Made by a program: the position numbers and the translations under genes. A stretch of 63,588 nt of DNA, counting the filler, from Platydemus manokwari (taxonomy: Eukaryota): the NCBI GenBank assembly GCA_037951405.1. It is 5 parts of 5 records of this genome, joined end to end, with 100 filler letters (N's around TTAATTAATTAA, not from the genome) between each part and the next. Parts side by side here need not be neighbours in the genome. Positions count along the whole stretch, not along the records: positions 54,664 to 63,588 come from JBBMOY011328650.1; 4 more parts are not named here. One strand, 5' to 3'. Under the pieces are notes generated by a model. The model saw only the letters and a program-made list of their open reading frames with translations. It searched no databases and was not told the DNA's origin. Positions within the stretch are counted from its first letter, which is position 1; every line of letters begins with the position of its first letter. Below are positions 54,664 to 63,588 of this stretch, piece after piece.

Positions 54664-57600
54664 AAGTAACTTACAGCAAGATGTATGAATCACACTACAA
54701 GAATGAGAAAAGACGGATGACAAGAGAAGCATCTTGTTATGACAGAAATAAAGATTTCTATCCAAACCATGAAGTAAAAATGAGTCATACTGATGAGGTA
54801 ACGGCAAATAGAAACAATGATGATGATGGTGAAACAGAGATACAAGAAAATAATGAGACAATGGAGAGACTGGCGTCTCAAGACATAACGTTGGAGTGCG
54901 GAGAGAGTCTTAATGCAGTTATGTTACAAGAAGACAGTAGAGGATCACTGCTCTTTCACAACGGTCTAGTAAACAACCGGCCAGTGAGAATTTTGAGAGA
55001 TTCAGGTGCAACCATTTTAGCAGTAACCAGGGATTTGGTGCCACAAAACCAGATCTCGAAAGAAAGGGTGCAATGTATTACATTCGGTGGCAGAATAAAA
55101 CATTTTAATCTTGCCACTATAGACGTGAAAACGCCATTTTTGGAGGGTACTTTCCAAGCTCTCATACTACCAAATTCTATTTGTGAACTGGTCATAGGTA
55201 ACCTGCCTAAAGTGAAAAATCCCACAGACAAAGAGATAGAAGATTGGGATCTTAAATATGGGTTTGCTAAAAGTGATGATACACAAGCAAATCTTGTATT
55301 AACCAGAGCAATGGCAAAGAAAAAAGGTGTCGAACCAAAAGAGTCAGTAGTGCAAAATGATGCACGACTGCCTGCAAGCGAGTCAGTGGATCATACTCAA
55401 AATGATGATGATACTCAAATGAGAAATAACACTCAACCCAATGACAACCCATTAGTTGGTCCAAATACCAACAAAAATGTAAACACAATGTTTGAACAGA
55501 ATGTTCAGAGGGGTGAAAATCCACTTGCTAAAGAGCAAACTGTTGATAAATCATTGTCTGGGTGCTTCAAAAAGATTAAGGAGGGATACAGATCATGTAA
55601 AAGAGGTTCTGTTAGATTTTCTCTCATTAATAATATACTTTTCAGATTGTATGAAAACACATTCACATCTTATAAACAGATTGTGTTACCATGTAGCCAC
55701 AGGCTACAAGTTTTAAGACTGGCTCATGACATACCAATGTCTGCTCACCTGGGAGTGAAGAAAACTACCAATAGAATTAAAAAACAATTCTTTTGGCCTG
55801 GTATGACCAGGGATATAAGGGAGTATATTAAAAGTTGCCATACGTGCCAGAAATTGGCAAAGAGAGGTAGCATTCCTCATGCGCCTGTACAAGCAGGCTA
55901 TATTACAGCTATCCCCTTTCAAAGGATCTCTATGGACATCATAGGTCCCTTGCCAGTGACATCAGAGAGTGGTAACAGATACATCCTCACAGTAATAGAT
56001 TTTGCAACAAGGTGGCCTGAGGCCAAAGCTTTATCAAAAATTGACGCGGAAAGCATATGTGAGGCACTGGTGGATATTTTCTCTAGATTTGGTTTTCCTG
56101 AAACTATTCTATCGGACAATGGTCCACAATTTGTGTCACAAATTACTAAACAGGTAACAGAGATGTTGGGTATAGAACAACATTTTTGTTCCATTTACCA
56201 CGCCCAATCAAATGGACTTTGTGAGAAATTGAACGGTGTCCTCAAGACACTTCTGGGGAAAATAACAGTTGACTACCCAGAGAAATGGGACATTTTCCTT
56301 CAACCTGCACTTTTCGCGCTTAGAGAGGTGTCACACGAAAGTACGGGTTTATCGCCCTTCCAATTAATGTTTGGGGGTAACCCTAGTGGTCCATTGAGTT
56401 TATATGCAGATCTCATTAAAAAGAAAAAAGAAAATGAAGAAAAAATTGAAGCATATTCATATGTACTTCAATTGAGAGAGAGGATAATCAAATCCTGTCA
56501 GTGGGCATCACAAGCAATAAAAGATGCGGGTGAAAAACAAAGATTCTATGCCAATGTCAAAAGCAAGATGAGAGAATTAAAACCTGGAGACAAAGTTCTT
56601 GTCTTATTACCAGAAAAAGAAAATAAACTTATATGTTCTTGGAGAGGTCCATACAATGTTCAGAAAAGAATATCCAAGGTGGACTACATCGTGGATATCA
56701 ACAATAAGAATAAAATCTTGCACATAAACATGCTTAAAGAGTATCATGTCAGAAGACCTGAATGGTCAAATGAACAAAATGCACATGATGATAATGAAAA
56801 TGTGTCTTTTTCTGCTTTTTTGTCCACATCTGAAGACAATGACATTCAGACAGATATACTACAGGACATAATTTACCCATCATTATCTCAAAAAGAAACC
56901 TATCTAGATGTCAAGATTTCTGATCATCTTGATTCTTATCAGGTAGAGATAATTAAAAATTGCCTGCTTAAGTTCAGAGAAGTCTTTTCAGACATTCCTG
57001 GGGTAACTTCAATAATTGATCACAAGATTACTCTTAATTCAGAGTTACCAACTGCTCAGAAATTATTTCCTATTCCTTACCATCTTAGACAAAAAGTAGA
57101 CCAGGAAATAAAAGATATGTTAAAGATGGGAATTATAGAGGAATCTAATGCTGAGTTTTCCTCTCAACTCTTGATTGTCAAGAAAAAGGACAATTCTCTT
57201 AGACTGTGCATAGATTACAGAAAATTGAATTCAGTCACTAAACCTGACAAATTCCCTATGCCTAATGCACAAGAATTGCTATCTCAAGTTGCAGATGCAA
57301 AATATTTCTCTAAGTTAGACCTTACTAAAGGTTACTACCAAGTGCCTTTGCACAAAGATTCAAGACAGCTTACAGCTTTTGCAACAGCTGACAATTTGTA
57401 CCATTTCTTGCGTTTACCCTTTGGTCTTTGTAATGCTCCTATTACATTTGTGAGGTTGATGAGGAGATTGTTTAAGGGACAGAAAAATGTGGTACATTAT
57501 TATGATGACATTCTTTTATACAACCATTCATTTGCTGAACATGTTGTTAATTTGGAATGTGTGTTAAACATTTTGCATGCAAATGGACTCACAGCTAGAC

Positions 57601-58298
57601 CTTCAAAGGTTGAAATTGCCTTTGATTGTTTATCATTCTTGGGTCACACAGTTGGTCATGGTTCCATCAAACCAGAACCAGACAACATTAAAAAAATTTT
57701 GCATATCAAACGACCACAAACAAAAAGACAAATAAGACAGATATTGGGGTTGATGAACTTCTATGGACATTATATTCAGAACTTTGCTGAAATTGTATCT
57801 CCACTATCTGACCTGTTAAAGCAAAGTACAGGTAGGAAAATTCAGTGGACTGACAAACATGAAGGTGTCTTGAAGAAAATAAAAACGATCTTTTCTTCGC
57901 CACCCATTCTCAGAGCCCCAAATTTCAACAATACTTTCGTATTGTCAACAGATGCATCTTCTACAGCACTAGGTTATGTTCTACAACAAGAGCATCAGGG
58001 CACATTAATGCCAGTACTATACGGTTCTAGAAAACTGACACCCACAGAATGTCGTTACAGTTGCATAGAGCGAGAAGTTTTAGCTCTTCTGAATGGCATT
58101 CAAAAATTCCAGAGATTTCTATTAGGGAAGCCATTTCAAGTTTTAGTAGACCACAAACCTATCAAGTATCTATCAACTAAAAATGTTCAGAATGCCAGAC
58201 TCATGAGATGGTTACTGATATTACAGGAGTATTCTTTTACAATCAAGGCTATTCCTGGGTCTCAAAATATATTAGCTGACTTTTTATCCAGAACTTAA
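54664..58298 (+). CDS. pol: Gypsy-class pol with Gmr1-type order protease-integrase-RT-RNaseH (5' end cut by the gap)
   Basis: PR: LRDSGAT. IN: HHCC (AHD..AHLG..CHTC), D-D-E (MDIIGP, SDNG, NGLCE) and GPY. RT: RLCIDYRKLN, LPFGL, YYDD. RNaseH: TDAS, ERE, VDH, ADFLSR. Uninterrupted >1205-aa frame. Confidence 0.95.
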
Positions 58299-58969
58299 AT
58301 GTTACACTGTCACATTTATGCTTGTCAGAAGTTATGTCAGTAGTTCAATGACTAGACAATAAGGACTGACATATTTATGAAGATAAGTACACAGATCACT
58401 CACATTGATCTTTTTCTATCAGGGTTGCGTTGATGTCTGGATGATTTGTCCTGGGCCAACCTTGACCTGGGAAATATATCGAGCCATGTGTGTGGTCGGA
58501 CCATATAAAAAGAGCATAGCTGGGACAAACAGAATACCTCGTCACAAAAGCTCCCGAAGATACTTGCCATATGGAAAAAGTATCGCAGTATGAAAGATGG
58601 TTGAAAGTATTCAATAAATGTATCAGAATATATTACATGTGAAAAGAAAAAAAAAGAAAAAAAAATAAGAAATGATGAAAAAAAAATTTTTTTTTTGCAA
58701 ATTGAAAAAAAAAAAAAATGAATGTAAACTTTATATTACATAACATAATTTTAATTTGACTACCACTAGTGTTAAATGCATTTAGACTGATCATTGCCTG
58801 ATGTTGTTTAATTAGCATATGAAGATGGGCCTGATCTATATTACATATTATTATAATGATGTAAGGTATAATGATGATTTGAACAATGATATGATTATAT
58901 GGATTCTGGGGCCACACATAACCCAAAGGTAAATTTACAGAATCTGACGATTTGTAAATTTAAAACCGT

Positions 58970-58981
58970 GGAAGGGGGGAG
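58970..58981 (+). other. Polypurine tract
   Basis: GGAAGGGGGGAG immediately before the TG at 58983. Confidence 0.8.
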
Positions 58982-58982
58982 T

Positions 58983-61900
58983 TGTGATGCCACAAGACAA
59001 ATTCTGTGCGCTTATGCACCGAAACAAACATTAAATGAACATAGAGTCAAGGCCACTACAGTCTAAATTTAGACATGATGAAACAACGCGGAGGGCTGAA
59101 GAGGGGATAGCCAATCGTGGAGCTCGAAGAGCTTTACGTCATCCCCAGAACGTCTTTCAGTCGGAGACCCGCGAAATTGCAGACGACACAGTGGGCTTCA
59201 TAAGCAATGGCTGGGCCGAAATCAAGAGGACTCTGCGATGGAACTTTAAGTGGTGTAGTTAGTTTAGGTGTAGCTGTAGTAGGAATTTTGTGTGTTAATT
59301 ACAACTTAGTGGTAGGAGTAACTTATGCCAGAGGTCTTCAGAAAGACGAAATATTGTGGTGTAGCAATGTGGGGAGTTGTCAATGTGCAGTTATAGTTGG
59401 ACGGGCGTCACCCGCTAACTTTAAACAAGATATCGGTGAGATTTGCACAGTGAAAGAAACTTGGCACGGTCCTGTGAGGAAGAAGGATAAGCCTAAAGTG
59501 CGGTGGAAACAGGTGAATTACAAGGGATACGTCGACAAAGGAGGTTCGACTGAATATTGGAATATAACCCGGAGTTAAGGGTTAAGTAAAGAAAATATTG
59601 GATTCTCGGAGAAGGAGATCCTGGAGTTTATGTTCAAAGAAGAAGAGTAAGTTTAGAGGTGATGCAGGAGCTAAGTATTGTGAACAATGTTGCTAAAGGC
59701 AAAGTTGAGGAGTCAGAGAGGTGAAGAAAATGAATTCCTGAATTTTGAAGTGGTGGAGCAAATGGTGTGATGCATATGATTTAATTAAGATGTGTATTAG
59801 TATTTCGCACTCATCAAGGTGATGTAAGTAGTTATCCTTTGATATATTGTTTGATGGTATGAGGTACAGTATTCGATGTTATAATATTGACGATGAGTCT
59901 ACGAAAAAAAAGCATGTATTAACTCTTTGACGGTCCTGAAGTTTAAAGTAATTTATAATTAAAAAAGTGAACGTTCCACTAGATTCTGAGTACAGTAATT
60001 TAAAGTTGGATAATTAAGATTGTTCAGTAGCTATGATTAGAATCATTACATGAGAAGGTGAGGCTATAAAAGGAAAAGTGGGTGGCCTAATGAGACAAAG
60101 AAGGTGGACAGAGTGATACAGAGAAAATTAGAGCTCTGACTTAGGTCGGAACGTTCAAGGAAATTATTATGTTGGGAAAGAATTTAAAGGCGGGAGTTTG
60201 TGTGCCAAATGAGTAATTAGCCCAATGATGAACTGTCAAGGTGAAGCGAGAATTCACTAAGGTGAAACAGTGGTGAATTTTCAAGGAAATGATAACTGTG
60301 CACAAATATTGAGAAACGGTGAAATGTTAAAGACTTCAATTCTTCTGATAAAGTTAAAGATCTTACAGAGAATTCTGATGTAGAACTCTTCTGAACTTTA
60401 TGTGATTCAAGCAGAATGTCTTCTGTGCTCTGAAATGGAGTTCAGTCTCAATTCCTCTATCTTCGAGAAATTCAACAAGGTAGACTATTAGTTCGTCTCT
60501 TAAAGGGAATATTCCTTCAACGATCACTATTGACAATATCTTGATCTATATACTATCTGAATATCTGGTGCAGATGAACTGTGGTGCAGACTCTTGTAAT
60601 CGAATGAAAGCACAGATTCGGTGATGCACAACAATTAGTGGGAATGCTGACAGAGCAGTAGCACTTCCTATTGGATCAGAGAGGAAATTAAAGAGGTAGG
60701 CGTTGACGGACTCGACGAGGCTTAATGAGGCATTGAACAGAGATATATATTCATAAATAAAGGCGACAATAGAGATGAACCTGGAGAAGAAGGTGTTCGG
60801 CGACTGAGAAAGAAAGGGGGTGTCACTCAGATCGAAGGCCTCATCATAACGAAAGCTATTAAGTGCCTTGTTAAATACCAAGGCAGAACAAAGGTAGGAA
60901 TCGACAGCAAATTGTGTTGGTATTGGAGGCCAGAGGTGAACTGTTGATTTTCATTGCCCCTTACTCAATGTGACAAGATCTTAGGGGGTAATTGCAGCCA
61001 ACAACAATCAGTATTGGAAATAGTCTCCCTCGACTATAATCTTCTCTTCGAGATCCACGGGTGAGGTGGTCAATAGATGCAGATCGACTCAAAGTGACAT
61101 CGAACCTTCAATCTCAACCCCACGAGGCACTTACAGCAAGGCCCCTTCATCCTTCTGGGCTATTGGGTGCTACGATCGTTTGGGTTGAGGCATTACAACT
61201 GGCAAACCCCAAATTTCAACGTTTTCCTTCTGATCAGCTGTGGAATATTGGCTGTTAGCGTGAAGCAATTATCTACACTTTACAACAGGAAAGTACATTC
61301 ACTTTCTTTACTTCGATTATCGAGTCACAACAATACTAATAATTGGAAATAGGAGAATACAACAATTATAACAATTAAGTATAATCAAAATAAGATTCGA
61401 TAACTCAGTGTAATTCTTTGATTACCTTCCAGGAAGAAAAATGTGTGTAGATAGATAAAAGTATAAGTGAATGTGAAAATACTTATCAATAGCATCAGGT
61501 GGAAATTCTCAAATAATCTTCGAGTAAATTGGAGATATATTAAGATTCGAATTTCTTCAAAATTCCTGAGATCATTCAACTATTGGGGCCTCTTATGAAA
61601 GCTACTTTTCAGAGGGCCTATACACATCACTGCCTTTGAGCAAAGGGAAGCACATTCATCGATTGCAATTTTTCAACAATGTTCATCTGCTAAGGAGCTG
61701 GTCACAATCCGAGCTCCAAATCAACTGATCCAGTTTGACTTTCAAATCACTGGGTTCGCATGAAGGTAACATTGCTGACTGGCTTCTGATTCAGTCAGAA
61801 TCCTACTAAAGTGAGATACCTCTGTCACACTTGGAGAGTTACAAGATATGTATATCTATGTTGTGGTTGTGCATTGTAATGTGTGAAATGTATTGATGAT

Positions 61901-62024
61901 TACATATTACAGGTTGGCATATCAACAATTTACTTACAGCTACAGTGATCAACAGGAATAAGTTAAGTGAAGCGAACTCACAAGGTGCTGAAGAAGTGGT
62001 GGAATATAAACATTTCAACATTCA
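58983..62024 (+). mobile_element. Putative ~3-kb LTR (or LTR plus long leader) between pol of one copy and gag of the next
   Basis: Begins TGTGATG after the PPT, has TATAAAAGG near 60065, and ends in CA (62020 or 62024) before TGGTGGAG. Only one copy is in the window, so the 3' boundary is inferred. Confidence 0.6.
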
Positions 62025-62026
62025 GC

Positions 62027-62035
62027 TGGTGGAGC
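62027..62035 (+). other. Putative primer-binding site
   Basis: TGGTGGAG is complementary to a tRNA 3' end ...CTCCACCA (tRNA-Ala-like) and lies 78 bp before the gag ATG. Confidence 0.45.
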
Positions 62036-62112
62036 AAAAATTTGCTAATACAAAATAAATTGAGCTGAGAACTGGGCACTACACTATAACAAAATACAGC
62101 TAATCAATCAGG

Positions 62113-63588
62113 ATGGCAAAAGCATTTGATGCCTGGGTTAGAACAGCAACGAGTCTAGGAAAAACAGGTGATGATTTAATACAGTGGTCAGAGCTACAAT
62201 ACAACTTGGAAAGAGAAACACTACAGAAGGAGAAAGAGACACTACAGAAACAGAAAGATACAGAAGTAATGGAGAAGGAAAAAGAAAGAGAGATGATTCA
62301 AAGAAGAGAGGCTGGTGACAGAGAACTTGAAAAAGTAAAAATAGAGATGCAGATGAGAATGCAATTAGAATCAGAGAAGCTAAAGGCTGAAAGTGAAATA
62401 AAGAAATTGGAAATACAGTTGCAATTGGAGCAGCTAAAGATAAAAGATGCTGAAACTCAGAGAAATGGAGGAGATAGAAGAAATCAGCAGAGTCATCAAT
62501 TGGGAACACATTATTCTGTTAGTCACAGAATAAGACTTCCAATGTTCAGAGATAACGTGGACGGAATTGAGGAATTCCTTGACAGGTTTGAAGAAATAAG
62601 TGACATGGAGGGCCTGGAGAAAAAGTATTATGCTACAAAGTTAACAGAGTTCTTAACAGGAGAAGCACTGATAGTGGTGTGCGCACTAAATCAAGAGGAT
62701 AAAAAATGTTATGAAAAGGTTAAAGAAGCACTCTTGAGTAAATATAAAATAACAACTGAGAATAACAGAAGAAAATTTGTAGATTGCATTCCCACTAATA
62801 AGCAAACCTTCCATGAATATGTGTCAAACTTGGAGAGACTGTTCACAAAATGGATAACGTCTGCAGAAATAAAACTTGAATATGAAGCTCTGAAACAGCA
62901 GATTTTAATTAGTAAAATTCTTGAAACTGTGGATAACAAAATATACAGCCATATTATTCAAAATAAGCCAAAGGATCTGAAATCCCTGATTAAAATAACT
63001 TCAGACTTTTGCGAAGCTCATCCTCAAATACCCTTAGGGAAATCCAGAACAACTGAGCTTGAGAGGAATGTAGCTTTTACAGCTAAACTGACAAATAGCA
63101 ATCAAAGATTTGCAAATAAACCCATTATGCAAAGCCAACAGAGGTACAATGAAAGTGATGGATTTGGATGTCACAATAATGGAGGATATAAAGATAACAA
63201 AAACTTTCAAAGGAACAGACTTCCTACTAATCAATATGAGGGAAAGATAAGAGAAACTAGGTGGAATGGAAGAAGAAACTTTGGAAATAATGGCTTCAAT
63301 GGGAGATTTAACTCTCAAAGAAAAATATGGAGACCACAAAGGAACTGGGCAAGCTGGAGACCAAAACAAAAAGTTTACCAGCAACCTCAAAGTTACACTA
63401 CAAGAAGTAGTTATGCTAATGTGATAAATAATTCTCACAGGTACAGTAGTAACCAGAGAGATACACAACCAGTATCAGCAAATCTGTTGATGCATAGCAA
63501 TGAAGTAACTTACAGCAAGATGTATGAATCACACTACAATAATGAGAAAAGATGGAGGACAGGAGAAGCATCTTGTTATGATAGAAAT
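62113..63588 (+). CDS. gag: Gag (coiled coil + SCAN-like capsid + N/R/G-rich region) continuing in frame into pol; runs off the window
   Basis: Open frame MAKAFDAW...RLPMFRDNVDGIEEFLDRFEE...LTGEA...YEKVKEALL...LERLFTKW...; 63503-63588 repeats 54664-54749 in the pol frame. Confidence 0.9.
   Translation, partial: MAKAFDAWVRTATSLGKTGDDLIQWSELQYNLERETLQKEKETLQKQKDTEVMEKEKEREMIQRREAGDRELEKVKIEMQMRMQLESEKLKAESEIKKLEIQLQLEQLKIKDAETQRNGGDRRNQQSHQLGTHYSVSHRIRLPMFRDNVDGIEEFLDRFEEISDMEGLEKKYYATKLTEFLTGEALIVVCALNQEDKKCYEKVKEALLSKYKITTENNRRKFVDCIPTNKQTFHEYVSNLERLFTKWITSAEIKLEYEALKQQILISKILETVDNKIYSHIIQNKPKDLKSLIKITSDFCEAHPQIPLGKSRTTELERNVAFTAKLTNSNQRFANKPIMQSQQRYNESDGFGCHNNGGYKDNKNFQRNRLPTNQYEGKIRETRWNGRRNFGNNGFNGRFNSQRKIWRPQRNWASWRPKQKVYQQPQSYTTRSSYANVINNSHRYSSNQRDTQPVSANLLMHSNEVTYSKMYESHYNNEKRWRTGEASCYDRN

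Noticed and set aside
59035-62021. Short ORFs in the putative LTR as env or accessory genes
   Set aside because: All are 123 aa or less with no recognisable motifs, as expected by chance in higher-GC sequence.

Overview
AT-rich eukaryotic genomic DNA with short GT-AG introns; composition and gene content suggest a flatworm such as a planarian (inference). It is stitched from five contigs by artificial N44-TTAATTAATTAA-N44 linkers. Host genes: a very divergent alpha-tubulin (catalytic E254 replaced by Q, no K40, ~75-aa acidic tail without terminal Tyr), a canonical PP2A catalytic subunit, two paralogous unannotated ~70-aa Cys/Pro-rich microproteins that share a promoter motif, an intronless orphan rhodopsin-type GPCR, an unknown coiled-coil gene, a CYP2-clan P450 plus a tandem pseudogene, and a 115-aa Cys-motif orphan. 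There is also an 11-exon minimal HOIP/RNF31-like RBR-LDD gene, largely missed by the ORF track, whose catalytic Cys is Ser. Mobile DNA: a nested family of TGTTGGG...CCCAACA solo LTRs, a Buster-type hAT with TIRs/TSD, mariner, pogo, gypsy and possible Polinton relics. The window ends in an apparently intact Gmr1-type gypsy element (PR-IN-RT-RH order, no CCHC knuckle, ~3-kb putative LTR) present as a tandem or permuted pair.
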